A model generated the notes under the pieces. That model searched no databases and had not been told where the DNA came from. It was given only the letters and a program-made list of their open reading frames with translations. Source: Alphaproteobacteria bacterium (GTDB taxonomy: Bacteria; Pseudomonadota; Alphaproteobacteria; UBA828). Taken from it: a DNA stretch of 64,000 nt. How positions within the stretch are numbered: the stretch's first letter is position 1; each line of letters begins with the position of its first letter. Of the stretch, positions 1 through 10,800 are shown in pieces. The DNA lies in contig OZ243972.1 in assembly GCA_965214705.1 (NCBI GenBank), forward strand, positions 1,312,001-1,376,000. Direction: 5' to 3'. Made by a program: the position numbers and the translations under genes.

Positions 1-3000
1 CGCGACGACGAGCCCCGGCTCGGGGAGGTCTCGCCGGGCCGCCGGTTCGCCTTCGACGGCGACGGCCGCCTGTTCCGGCTGGCCTCCGAGGCGCTGCGCA
101 TCCGCCTCGCCCATCTCTTCGATCCCCATGTCGCCGTCAATGCCTCGCGGATCGAACCGCTCCCGCATCAGTTGACGGCCGTCTACGGCGCCATGCTCGA
201 CCGCCAGCCGCTGCGCTTCCTGCTGGCCGACGACCCGGGCGCCGGCAAGACCGTTATGGCCGGGCTGCTGGTCAAGGAGTTGCTGATCCGGGGCAGCCTC
301 GAGCGCTGCCTGATCGTCGCGCCCGGCAGCCTGGTCGAGCAGTGGCAGGACGAACTCATGGACAAGTTCGATCTCGCCTTCGACATCCTGAGCCGGGAGC
401 AGGTCGAATCCTCGGCGACCGGCAACCCCTTCGCCGAACGGCCGCGCCTCATCGCCAGGCTCGACATGCTGGCCCGTAACGACGATCTCAAGGCGAAACT
501 GGAATCCGCGCCCGAATGGGACCTCATCGTCTGCGACGAAGCGCACCGCATGTCCGCGAGCTTCTTCGGACAGGAGGTCAAGTACACCAGGCGCTTCCAG
601 CTGGGTGTGCTGGCCGGCAGGCTCGCGCGACACTTCCTGCTGATGACGGCGACGCCGCACAACGGCAAGGAGGCCGATTTCCAGCTCTTCATGGGGCTTC
701 TCGACGCGGACCGGTTCGAGGGGCGCTTCCGGGAAGGAGTCCACAAGGTCGATCCCTCCGACATGATGCGCCGGCTCACCAAGGAAGAGCTGTTCCGCTT
801 CGACGGCAGCCCGCTCTTCCCCGAACGCCGGGCGTACACCGTCTCCTATGCGCTGTCGCCGCGCGAGGCCGCACTCTACGAGGCGGTCACCCACTACGTC
901 CGCGAGGAGATGAACCGCGCCGACCGCCTGTCCGAAGACGGCTCCAGACGGCGGAACAACGTGGGCTTCGCGCTGCAGATCCTCCAGCGCCGCCTCGCGT
1001 CCTCTCCGGCCGCGATTCACGAATCGCTCAAGCGGCGCCTGTCGCGCCTCGAAGCGCGCCTGCAGGAAGAGAGGCTCGGGCAGGCGGGCGGCGGATCCGC
1101 CGGGCCGCTTTCGCGGCCGGAAGCCCCACCAGCGCTCGACGAGGACGACCTGGAAGAGGCATCAGGAGAGGAGCTGGAGGCCCACGAGGACACCCTTCTG
1201 GATCGGGCCACGGCGGCGCAGACCGTCGCCGAGCTCGAAGCGGAAATCGCCAGGCTCGGAGGTCTCGAACGCATGGCCGGCGCCCTCCGGCGCTCCGGCG
1301 AGGACACCAAGTGGCGCGAGCTCGACCGCATCCTCGACGATCCCCTGGTGCACGACCCCGCACGGGACATCGGGCGCAAGATCGTCATCTTCACCGAGGC
1401 GCGCGACACCCTGGAATACCTGGCGGGACGCATCCGCGGCCGTACCGGCGAGGCGGAGAGCGTCGCGGTCATCCACGGCGGCGTCCCGCGCGACCGGCGG
1501 CGGGCCACGATCGCCGCCTTCAACGACGATCCCGCGGTCCGCTTCCTGCTGGCGAACGACGCGGCGGGAGAGGGTGTCAACCTCCAGCGCGGCGCCCACC
1601 TCATGGTCAACTACGACCTGCCGTGGAACCCGAACCGCCTGGAGCAGCGCTTCGGGCGCATCCACCGGATCGGCCAGACCGAGGTCTGCCACCTGTGGAA
1701 CCTGGTCGCGAGCGAGACCCGCGAAGGCGCGGTCTACCGTCGGCTCCTGGAGAAGCTGGAGACGGCGCGGGAGACCCTCGGCGGCAAGGTCTACGACGTG
1801 CTGGGCGAGCTGTTCGAGGCGCGGCCCCTGCGGGAGCTGTTCATGGAGGCGATCAGGTACGGAGAGCGGCCGGAGGTGCGCGAGCGCCTGTTCCGGGCGA
1901 TCGACGGCGCGGTCGACGTCGACAACATCAACGACCTCGTCGCCCGCAACAAGCTCACGCAGGAAGGTCTCGATCCAACGACGGTGCGGAGCGTGCGGGA
2001 GGATATGGAGCGGGCGGCCGCGCGCCGGCTCCAGCCGCATCACATCCGCTCTTTCTTCGAAGCCGCCTTCGCCGAGGCGGGCGGTGTCCTGCGCCCGCGC
2101 GAGAAGGGGCGCTTCGAGGTCACGCGCGTGCCGCCGATCCTGCGCGACCGCGACCGCCTGATCGGGCGCGCCGATCCGGTGCTGCCGCGCTACCGGCGTA
2201 TCTGCTTCGACAAGGAGCACATCTCAGGCCAGCCGCAGGCCGCGCTGGTGGCGCCGGGCCATCCCTTGCTCGACTCCCTGATCGACCTCACGCTGGAACG
2301 CTACCGGGACCTGCTCGCGCGAGGCGCGGTGCTGGTGGACGCGACGGACCGGCACGAGGGCCTGCGCGTTCTGATCGCGCTGCGCCATGCCGTCCGCGAC
2401 GGCCGGACGACACGGCACGGCAGGCCGCAATCGATCTCCGAGCGGCTCCAGTTCGTCTGGCTCGACGAGGCCGGCAGGGCAATCGACGGCGGACCGGCGC
2501 CCTATCTCGATTGCCGCCCGCCGAGAGAGGAAGAGCGCGGCCGGTTGGCGGACCTGATGGAAGCACCCTGGCTCAAGGAGCCCCTGGAGGAGCGGGCGCG
2601 GACTCTCGCGGTCACCGGTCTCGTGCCGCGGCACCTGAGCGAGGTGAAGGAACGGCGCCTTGCCGAGCTTGACAAGATCGAGGCCGCGGTCAAGGAGCGA
2701 ATGCGCCGGGAGATTGCCCATCTTCAGCACCGCGCCCTCGAGATTGAAGCCGAAGAACGGGCCGGCAAGAAGCCCCGGCTCAATTCCGAGAATGTCCGGC
2801 GCCAGGTAGAGCCCCTGACCGACCGGCTGGAGCAGCGGCTTGCCGAGATCGCGCGGCAGCGCGACATCGCTCCGCTGCCGCCGGAGATCTGCGCCGCGGC
2901 GCTGGTGGTTCCGGCCAGGTTGCTGGCTTCGGAGAATACCGACGAAGAAGCCGCTGCCGGTGTTGCCGATGCCGCCGACCCGCTCTCCCGCGCGGAGGTC

Positions 3001-3393
3001 GAGGCCATGGCCATGCAGGCGGTCATGGAGCGCGAGCGGAGCCTGGGCTTCGAGCCCCGCGACGTCTCCGCCGAAAACCGGGGCTACGATATCGAGAGTA
3101 CCGATCCCGGGACCGGGCGGCTCCGCTTCATCGAGGTCAAGGGGCGGCGCGCCGACGCCCGCGCCGTCGCAATCACACGCAACGAGATGCTGGCGGCGCT
3201 CAACTCTGGCGACTCCTTCATCCTGGCCGTGGTGTTCGTCGACGGAGAGTCGGTGCATGAACCTCTCTATGTGCCCGACCCCGCTCCGGTGTTCGGCCCG
3301 GAGCCAGGCTTCAACGAGGTCCACCGCGCGATCTCCGTGGCCTCGATCGAGGCAGCGGCGCAACAGAGACGATCCGCAGGGAAGCGACCGTGA
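1..3393 (+). CDS. SNF2-family helicase with C-terminal DUF3883/NOV-C-like nuclease (5' end lies upstream of the window)
   Basis: Frame is open from base 1. Walker A ADDPGAGKT, DEAH box, MTATPH, helicase-C motifs (AAGEGVNLQ, NYDLPWNPNRLEQRFGRIHRIGQ), C-terminal GYDIES..FIEVKG. Confidence 0.92.
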   Translation, partial: RDDEPRLGEVSPGRRFAFDGDGRLFRLASEALRIRLAHLFDPHVAVNASRIEPLPHQLTAVYGAMLDRQPLRFLLADDPGAGKTVMAGLLVKELLIRGSLERCLIVAPGSLVEQWQDELMDKFDLAFDILSREQVESSATGNPFAERPRLIARLDMLARNDDLKAKLESAPEWDLIVCDEAHRMSASFFGQEVKYTRRFQLGVLAGRLARHFLLMTATPHNGKEADFQLFMGLLDADRFEGRFREGVHKVDPSDMMRRLTKEELFRFDGSPLFPERRAYTVSYALSPREAALYEAVTHYVREEMNRADRLSEDGSRRRNNVGFALQILQRRLASSPAAIHESLKRRLSRLEARLQEERLGQAGGGSAGPLSRPEAPPALDEDDLEEASGEELEAHEDTLLDRATAAQTVAELEAEIARLGGLERMAGALRRSGEDTKWRELDRILDDPLVHDPARDIGRKIVIFTEARDTLEYLAGRIRGRTGEAESVAVIHGGVPRDRRRATIAAFNDDPAVRFLLANDAAGEGVNLQRGAHLMVNYDLPWNPNRLEQRFGRIHRIGQTEVCHLWNLVASETREGAVYRRLLEKLETARETLGGKVYDVLGELFEARPLRELFMEAIRYGERPEVRERLFRAIDGAVDVDNINDLVARNKLTQEGLDPTTVRSVREDMERAAARRLQPHHIRSFFEAAFAEAGGVLRPREKGRFEVTRVPPILRDRDRLIGRADPVLPRYRRICFDKEHISGQPQAALVAPGHPLLDSLIDLTLERYRDLLARGAVLVDATDRHEGLRVLIALRHAVRDGRTTRHGRPQSISERLQFVWLDEAGRAIDGGPAPYLDCRPPREEERGRLADLMEAPWLKEPLEERARTLAVTGLVPRHLSEVKERRLAELDKIEAAVKERMRREIAHLQHRALEIEAEERAGKKPRLNSENVRRQVEPLTDRLEQRLAEIARQRDIAPLPPEICAAALVVPARLLASENTDEEAAAGVADAADPLSRAEVEAMAMQAVMERERSLGFEPRDVSAENRGYDIESTDPGTGRLRFIEVKGRRADARAVAITRNEMLAALNSGDSFILAVVFVDGESVHEPLYVPDPAPVFGPEPGFNEVHRAISVASIEAAAQQRRSAGKRP

Positions 3394-6287
3394 TGACCAT
3401 CCGGCGCAAGAAGCTCATCGAAGTCTCGCTGCCGCTCGAGGCCATCAACAGGGCATCGGCCAAGGAGAAGTCTATCCGGCACGGGCACCCCTCCACACTG
3501 CATCTGTGGTGGGCGAGGCGGCCGCTGGCGGCCTGCCGGGCCGTTCTGTTCGCTCAACTCGTCGACGACCCGTCCGCCTGGCCGGAGGAGTTCCCGACAG
3601 AGGATGACCAGGCGCGCGAGCGCAAGCGTCTGCACGGGATCATCGCCGAGATGATGCCGTGGGAGGCAGCCAACGACGAGCACATCCTCGCCAAGGCGCG
3701 GTACGAGATTGCCCGTTCGCTCGCTCGCGGCCAGGGCGAGCCGCCCCCGCCGCAACACGATCCGGAGGCGGTTCTGTCATATCTCGCCGAGCACGCGCCG
3801 CCGGTCTGCGACCCGTTCTGCGGCGGAGGCTCGATCCCGCTGGAAGCGCAGCGGCTCGGCCTGAAGGCGCACGGCTCGGACCTCAATCCGGTCGCTGTGC
3901 TGGTCTCCAAGGCGACCTGCGAAATCCCGCCCAAATTCGCCGGCCGCCCGCCGGTCAACCCCGACCGCGATCCTCATGTGGCGTGGAAGGGGGCGCAAGG
4001 TCTGGCAGAGGACATTCGGTATTACGGCCGATGGATGCGGGACGAGGCCGAATCCCGGATCGGGCATCTCTATCCGAAGCTCGCTTTCAACGAAGCGCTG
4101 GCGACATCAAGGCCCGACCTCGAGCCCTATACCGGCAAGGAGCTGACCGTCATCGCCTGGCTCTGGGCGCGCACCGTCGCCTCGCCAGACCCGATGATGC
4201 AGGGAGCGCATGTGCCGTTGGCGAGCTCTTTCGTCCTGTCGTCGAAGAAGGGCAAGGAGGCCATAGCGGTGCCGGAGGTGAATCGAGAGAATGGCACCTA
4301 CCAGTTCACCGTGAAATCCGGCGGTATCGGTGCGGACGAGTTGGCGAAAGCCAGATCGGGAACGAAGGCCGCGCGCGGAGCCAACTTCGTCTGCCTCGTT
4401 TCGGGCGCTCCGATCTCCGGCGATCACATCAAGGCCGAGGGCATGGCGGGCCGCATGGGTGCCCGGCTGATGGTTGTTGTAGCGGAAGGCCAGCGTGGTC
4501 GCGTCTACCTCAATCCGGCCGAGGACATGGAGAAAGCCGCGCGCGCCGCAGAGCCGGAGTGGAGGCCTGAGCAACAACTGCCGAAGAACCCTCGCTGGTT
4601 TTCCCCGCCGGACTACGGCATGCCGCGTTACGCCGATCTCTTCACCGACCGGCAGCTGGTGGCGCTGACGACGTTCTCGGACTTGGTTTCGGAAGCGCGC
4701 GAGAAGGTGCTCGCGGATACGCTGTCTTCCGGCATGGACGCCGACGCGCCCCGCCTCGCCCACGGCGGCGCCGGCGCCGAAGCCTATGCCGACGCGGTGG
4801 CGACGTATTTGGGCTTGGGAATTGGCCGCGCTCTTGACTATTGGAGCAGCAACGCGACCTGGGTTAACAGCGGCGAATTCATCCGAAACACGTTCGCTCG
4901 GCAAGCTATCCCAATGGTCTGGGATTTCGCGGAAAGCAATCCGTTCAGTGGCGCGAGCGGCAATTGGGAAGACACGGCAATAGGATGGATTGACCGTGTG
5001 GTGGAGGCGCTAGGAATTTCCCACACTCCGGCTGCCGTCGTTCAGCAAGACGCCGCCGGCGAAACCCGACTGATTCACAACGCGATCGTCGCAACCGATC
5101 CCCCCTACTACGACAACATCGGCTACGCCGATCTCTCGGACTTCTTCTATGTCTGGCATCGCCGCACGCTGCGCAATGTATGGCCCGAACTGTTCCGCCG
5201 CGTGCTGGTACCCAAGGACGAGGAACTCGTCGCCACGCCATACCGTCACGGTGGAAGAGACGCCGCCGAACGGTTCTTCATGGAAGGCATGGGCAAGGCG
5301 CTGGCCAACATGCACGCTTCGGGGAGGGACGATTTTCCGGTCACGATCTACTACGCATTCAAGCAGTCCGAGATCGCCAAGGAAGGTCTGACCTCTCCGG
5401 GCTGGGCGACATTCCTGCAAGGCGTGGTGGATGCAGGCTATCTCGTTGACGGAACCTGGCCGGTAAGGACGGAGCGGACGGCTCGCTCCATCGGCATCGG
5501 AACCAACGCCCTCGCCTCGTCCATTGTCCTTGTCTGCCGTAAACGGGCCGAAGATGCGCCCGTCACCACGCGTCGTGAGTTCGTCTCCCGGCTGCGGGCC
5601 GAGCTGCCCGATGCGCTGGACAAGATCCGCGCCGGCGGCGTCAGCCCGGTGGACATGGCGCAGGCTTCGGTCGGTCCCGGCATGGGCGTCTTCACGGCTG
5701 CCTCGAACGTGTTGGAGCCGGACGACACGCCGATGACGGTGCGCACCGCGATCGCGCTCATCAACCAGGTGCGGGATGAACTCTCCGGAGAAGAGGCGAC
5801 GGGTTACGACGCCGATTCCCGCTTTTGTATCGACTGGTTCGACATCTTCGGCATGGATGCCGGCAAGTCAGGCGATGCGATCACCATGGCTCAAGCCTAC
5901 GGCATCGGGATCGACGATCTGGAAAACGCCGGCGTGTTCAGTGCCCGCGGCGGCTCGGCACGCTTGCTCCGCCGCGACGAGTTGCCGCCCGGCTGGAATC
6001 CCGAGACCGACAAGCGCCTCACCGACTGGGAATGCGCACAGCATCTGGCGCGGGTGCTGGACTCGCCCGCCGGCGGCCTCGACGCCGCAGCGAAGCTCTA
6101 TTCGAAGATGCCGCCTGAACGGGGCGACTCCGCGCGCATGCTCGCCTACCGCCTCTACGACATCTGCGAGCGCAAGGACCGCGCCTCCGAGGCGCAGGTC
6201 TGGAACATGCTCGCCCAGGAGTGGCCGGCGCTGGAAGCAACCGCGTTGCGCCTCGAGACCGAGGCTCCGGCACCGACGCTGTTGTGA
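3390..6287 (+). CDS. DUF1156-domain adenine DNA methyltransferase
   Basis: N-terminal KKLIEVSLPL..HLWWARRPLAACRA, motif I DPFCGGGSIP, motif IV TDPPYYD. Start overlaps the helicase stop. Confidence 0.92.
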   Translation: MMTIRRKKLIEVSLPLEAINRASAKEKSIRHGHPSTLHLWWARRPLAACRAVLFAQLVDDPSAWPEEFPTEDDQARERKRLHGIIAEMMPWEAANDEHILAKARYEIARSLARGQGEPPPPQHDPEAVLSYLAEHAPPVCDPFCGGGSIPLEAQRLGLKAHGSDLNPVAVLVSKATCEIPPKFAGRPPVNPDRDPHVAWKGAQGLAEDIRYYGRWMRDEAESRIGHLYPKLAFNEALATSRPDLEPYTGKELTVIAWLWARTVASPDPMMQGAHVPLASSFVLSSKKGKEAIAVPEVNRENGTYQFTVKSGGIGADELAKARSGTKAARGANFVCLVSGAPISGDHIKAEGMAGRMGARLMVVVAEGQRGRVYLNPAEDMEKAARAAEPEWRPEQQLPKNPRWFSPPDYGMPRYADLFTDRQLVALTTFSDLVSEAREKVLADTLSSGMDADAPRLAHGGAGAEAYADAVATYLGLGIGRALDYWSSNATWVNSGEFIRNTFARQAIPMVWDFAESNPFSGASGNWEDTAIGWIDRVVEALGISHTPAAVVQQDAAGETRLIHNAIVATDPPYYDNIGYADLSDFFYVWHRRTLRNVWPELFRRVLVPKDEELVATPYRHGGRDAAERFFMEGMGKALANMHASGRDDFPVTIYYAFKQSEIAKEGLTSPGWATFLQGVVDAGYLVDGTWPVRTERTARSIGIGTNALASSIVLVCRKRAEDAPVTTRREFVSRLRAELPDALDKIRAGGVSPVDMAQASVGPGMGVFTAASNVLEPDDTPMTVRTAIALINQVRDELSGEEATGYDADSRFCIDWFDIFGMDAGKSGDAITMAQAYGIGIDDLENAGVFSARGGSARLLRRDELPPGWNPETDKRLTDWECAQHLARVLDSPAGGLDAAAKLYSKMPPERGDSARMLAYRLYDICERKDRASEAQVWNMLAQEWPALEATALRLETEAPAPTLL

Positions 6288-6324
6288 GCGCAGGGATCGA
6301 GAATTCGGTGAAGTCCGCCGGATC

Positions 6325-6573
6325 ATGAAGACGACGCGATATTTCCGGGAGCAGGTTCTGCGCAAACGTCCCTATATCGACCCGGCATGGTGCGCGGTCG
6401 TCGCCGAGCCTCTGCGGCGCGAGGAGCAATCCGACGGCCGCATACGGTTCTGGGGAGAAGTCAGACGGGCCGGCGAGGACGCGCCTCGCATCCTTCGCGT
6501 CGTTACGCTGGACGACGGGGAAACGGTCCACAAAGCATTCCTCGACCGGGGTTTCGGAAGGGGAGAACGATGA
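6325..6573 (+). CDS. Small RelE/DUF4258-like putative toxin
   Basis: 82 aa MKTTRYFREQVLRKRPYI..DGRIRFWG..LRVVTLDDGETVHKAFLDR. Stop overlaps the ATG of a DUF2283-like gene. Confidence 0.6.
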   Translation: MKTTRYFREQVLRKRPYIDPAWCAVVAEPLRREEQSDGRIRFWGEVRRAGEDAPRILRVVTLDDGETVHKAFLDRGFGRGER

Positions 6574-6621
6574 AGCTGCACTACTATTGAAGCTGCACTA
6601 CTATTGAAGCTGCACTACTAT
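6571..6621 (+). repeat. Three perfect tandem copies of 17-bp TGAAGCTGCACTACTAT
   Basis: Units at 6571-6587, 6588-6604 and 6605-6621. Confidence 0.97.
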
Positions 6622-6819
6622 AAGGAGACCGACAGCCTGTACATCGAATTCCGGCCCGGACCGGGGGCCGAGTCGCGGGAGGTTTCGGACGGGCTGAACG
6701 TCGATCTCGACAGCGAGGGCGGCGTGGTCGGATTCGATATCGACCATGCCTCGCGGCGGCTCGATCTATCCACGCTGGAGACCGAGTCGCTGCCGCTGCA
6801 TTCGATCAAAGTGGGATGA
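6604..6819 (+). CDS. DUF2283-family putative antitoxin; the native ATG at 6570 is cut off by the repeat, only a TTG start at 6604 is in frame
   Basis: MKLHYYKETDSLYIEF..SREVSDGLNVDLDSEGGVVGFDI is the typical DUF2283 pattern. Confidence 0.75.
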   Translation: MKLHYYKETDSLYIEFRPGPGAESREVSDGLNVDLDSEGGVVGFDIDHASRRLDLSTLETESLPLHSIKVG

Positions 6820-6963
6820 CTGCCTGACGGCGATGCCCGAACCTGGCAGTTGGGGTGGGCGCCAATGCCCCGATTGCGGTAGCGGCAGCCTTTGACAGGC
6901 GCTTGCCCGCGGCACATATACAGGCAAGTCAGTATTACCGCGAATGTCGGGGAGGAGCGGGCC

Positions 6964-7434
6964 ATGGCCGCGAACAGGGATCGGTTGGTCCGGGAAGCCG
7001 CCTCGCGCGGCAAGTACGCCCCGCTCTATCGCCATCTGGCCGCGAAGACCGGGCCCGACTGGCGCGTCTCTTTCGAGGAGATCGAAGCTCTACTCGGCTT
7101 CGGCCTGCCGGTCTCAGCGCGACTCTATCGGGCCTGGTGGGCGAACCAGAAGCGGGGCGCCGGGCACAGCCATGCGCTGTCCTGGTGCGCGGCGGGATGG
7201 AAGACGCGGGCCGTGGACCTCGAAGCGGAAACCCTGGTGTTCGAACGCACGGTAGCCTCGCCCGACATGGCCGGGCCAGCGCCCGGGAAAAGGAGATTCA
7301 ACCTCGACACGATCTGGCCCGCGATCCCCGGCGGTTCCTGGCCCCCCGGCTTCACGGTCAGCCGCGAGCAGATCTACGACGAGGCCGGGCGTCTGACAGG
7401 CGGGCCGCAGGACGAGGCCGAACACGGCCGCTGA
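6964..7434 (+). CDS. Putative antitoxin/DNA-binding protein upstream of the PIN toxin
   Basis: KYAPLYRHL..SFEEIEALLGFGLP.SA..RAWWAN domain, then a C-terminal SREQIYD VapB-like tail; position directly before vapC. Confidence 0.6.
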   Translation: MAANRDRLVREAASRGKYAPLYRHLAAKTGPDWRVSFEEIEALLGFGLPVSARLYRAWWANQKRGAGHSHALSWCAAGWKTRAVDLEAETLVFERTVASPDMAGPAPGKRRFNLDTIWPAIPGGSWPPGFTVSREQIYDEAGRLTGGPQDEAEHGR

Positions 7435-7444
7435 AGCATCGCGC

Positions 7445-7879
7445 ATGTTCGTTGACACCAACGTCCTGGTCCGGGCGCGTTTCGAGGCGGCCCCGAGCCA
7501 CTCCCTCGCCCGGCGGCGGATGCAGGAGGCCGGGGAGAGCGGCGAAGCGCTGCGCATCAGCCGGCAGGTCCTGCGGGAGTACCTGGCCACGGTGACCCGC
7601 CCGCAATCCTGGTCTCCGCCGGTCGCCATGGACGCGGCCTTGGCACACATTGCTTCGCTGGAGGGCGCGTTCGAGATCCTGGAGGACGGCCCGAGGGTGA
7701 CGCAGACGCTCACGGGTCTGTGTCGTGAGGTTCCCGTCGCGGGGCGGCAGATCCACGACGCCAATATCGCGGCGACCATGCTGGCCCACGGCGAGCGGAG
7801 GTTGCTGACGTTCAACGCCGGCGATTTCCGCCGCTATGGCGAGCGCATCGAACTGATCGACATGGAGGGAGCGCCATGA
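7445..7879 (+). CDS. vapC: PIN-domain (VapC-like) toxin
   Basis: MFVDTNVLV, QVLREY, IHDANIAATM, LLTFNAGDF acidic PIN motifs. Confidence 0.88.
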   Translation: MFVDTNVLVRARFEAAPSHSLARRRMQEAGESGEALRISRQVLREYLATVTRPQSWSPPVAMDAALAHIASLEGAFEILEDGPRVTQTLTGLCREVPVAGRQIHDANIAATMLAHGERRLLTFNAGDFRRYGERIELIDMEGAP

Positions 7880-10800
7880 GCGGCACGGACACGCGGGACG
7901 CGGCGCCCGCGGCCAAGCAGAGGGTCGAAAGGAGCCTGGAAGCGCTCCGGACCGGGCTCGGTCCCTATGTCGCCAGGCACATGCGCGACCGCCACGGCAA
8001 CCACTGGCGCCACCACGCGAGCCGCGCGCAAGGTGACGAGGCCGGCGGGGAGCTCGACGTCTATGCGCTCCTGAAGACGGTGCTCGACAACTGGAACGAC
8101 CTGTTCCGGCACGACGCCAAGCTCAGGAAGGCGCGGAGCTTCATTTCCCTTGCCATGGACGCGCGCAACAGTGCGGCACATTTCACCGGGGCGATGACCT
8201 CTCGCGAGGCGCTGCGATATCTCGACGCCATGCGGGAGCTGGCGGTCGCGGTGGCAGCCGAGCGGCAGGCGAAGATCGTCGAGAAACTCTACGACGAACA
8301 GCGGGCAGCGAACGGCGCCGGGCGCTCTCCGGAAACCCCGGCGCTGGCCCTCGACGAGCCTCCGGCACCGGAAGCGCTGCGCCCGTGGCGCGAGGTCTGC
8401 GAGCCCCACCCGGATGTGCTCGAAGCGCGCTTCTCCGATGCCGAGTTCACCGCAAATCTCGCACTGGTCGACCAGGGCGAGGGCAGCGAGGAGTACGTCG
8501 ACCCGGCGGCGTTCTTCCGCATCACCTACGCGACCGAGGGCCTGCGGCGCGTGTTGACGGCAACGATCCTGCGTCTGGCTGGCAGGGGCGGCGATCCGGT
8601 GATCGGGCTTCAGACCAATTTCGGCGGCGGCAAGACCCACACCATGCTGGCGCTTCACCATCTGGCCGGCGCCGCCGACGCTGGTTACGAGGCGCACAGG
8701 CTCGCCGGCATGGCGCCGATCTTCGAGGCTGCGGGCATCGACACGCTCGACCCGGTCAAACGAGCCGTGTTCGTCGGCACTCACAAGGGCGCGGCCGAGG
8801 CGATGCATTCGGAGGAAGGCCGCGAGATCCGTACCTTGTGGGGCTACCTCGCCTGGCGCCTCGGCGGCTGGGAGGCGGTCGAGACCATCTCCGCTTCCGA
8901 GGCCGCCGGCACCAATCCGGGATCGGAACGGCTGATCCCGATCCTGCGCAACGCCGCGCCGTGCCTGATCCTGATGGACGAGGTCGTTGCCTTCGCGCGG
9001 CAGTTGCGCGGCCTCGAGTACGACGCCTTCCACGCCTTCATCCAGTCTCTGACGGAGGCCGCGGCGGCGGCCGAGGGGGTCGTCGTCGTGGGCTCGCTGC
9101 CGGAGTCCGGCGCCGAGGTCGGCGACGAGCAGGGCCGCGACGCGCTCCGGCGGCTGGAAAAGATCTTCGGCCGCGTGCAATCGGCGTGGACGCCGGCGAG
9201 CGGCATCGAGACCTTCGAGATTGTCCGCCGGCGCCTGTTCCAGCCTCTGGACGAGGCAGGAGAAGAATCCCGCGATGAGACCGTCCGGGCGTTTCGCAGG
9301 CTCTACCGCGACAACCGGGCGGACTTTCCGGCGGGGATGCACGACGCTGCCTACGAGGAGCAGATGCGCCGGGCCTATCCCCTCCATCCCGAGCTGCTGC
9401 GGAGGTTCTCCGGCGACTGGTCGGTGCTCGACAAGTTCCAGCGCACCCGAGGCATCCTCAAGATCATGGCGAATGCCGTCTATGCGCTGTGGAGCGGGGA
9501 GAGCAACGCGCCGCTGATCACGCCGGCGCTGCTGCCGTTCCGCGACGACAAGGTGCGCACCGCGCTGCTGGAGCCGCTTGACCGTGCGTTCGGGCCGATC
9601 CTGCAATCGGAGGTCGACGGCGATCAGTCGCTGACGGCCCGGATCGAGGCGCAGCGTCCGCGCCTTTCCAGATCGAAGGCGGCGACGCTGGCGGCACGGT
9701 CGGTGTTCTTCGCCACCGCGCCGCATGGCGGGGCCGCTCGAGGCGGCATGACGGGCGCCGAGCTTCGGCTTGCCTGCGCCCAGCCCGGCGACCAGATCGC
9801 CATATTCGGCGAAGCGCTGCAGGAGATCGCGGCGCGCTCGGCCCATCTCTACCGCGACGGCGAGAGCTACTGGTTCTCGCCCCAGCCGACGCTGAACAAG
9901 CTGGCCGCCGACCGTGCCCGGGACGTGAGCGAGGAACGGGCCGACCGGCGCATCGTCGAAATCCTGCGCGAGGAACAGCGCGGCCGCGCCGGGTTCCCCC
10001 GGGTGCATGCCGCGCCCGACAACCTGGCCGATATCGAGGACCGGCGCTCCACCGCGCTGATCATGCTGCCGCCGTCGGCGCCGCACGATGCCGGCGCAGG
10101 CCCCGGATCCGAGGCCGCCGCCTTGGCGCGGGAGGCGCTTGAGCGAAGGGCCGGCGGTCAGCGCCAATACTGCAACGCCCTGGTGTTCGTTGCCGCGGAC
10201 GCGTCGAACGTCGGGGCGGCCCGCGAGAACGCTCGCCGCGAGCGCGCCTGGGATTCGATCGTGAACGACGCCGATCTGAGACAGAACCTGACACAGGCGC
10301 AATCGACCGACGCCCAGACGCAAGCGGGGCGCAGCCGCGAGGCCCTGCGGCAGAGCATTCGGGGAGCCTGGGTCCATGTGCTCTACCCGGCACCGCTCGG
10401 CGAGGGTGGCGGCACCCCGGCTGGGAACGCCCGTTACCTCATACGCTCGACGCGGCTGGTGAACCGCGGCGCAGCCAAGGGCATCCCCCAAGCGGTCTGG
10501 GATAAGGCCGGCACGGACGGCACCGTGATCGGAGAGATCGGGCCCGGCAACCTGATGAGAAGCCTCGATCCCATCTGGCCACCTGATCGACCGCACATTT
10601 CGGTCGATGAAATCCGGAAGTGGTTCGCGTCCTACGTCTACCTGCCGCGGCTGCGTGACGAGGCCACCCTTGATGGCGCGCTGCAGCGGCTGGTCGAGGA
10701 CATGGCCAGCCCCTATGCCTACGCGTCGGCCTTCGATGAAGACACCGGCGCCTATGAGGGCGTGATCGACGGCAAGGCCCAGTTGCCTGGCGGTCTTGGC

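Noticed and set aside
6571-6621. Tandem repeat as a mini CRISPR array
   Set aside because: No spacers, 17-bp units, no cas genes. No CRISPR array was seen anywhere in the window.
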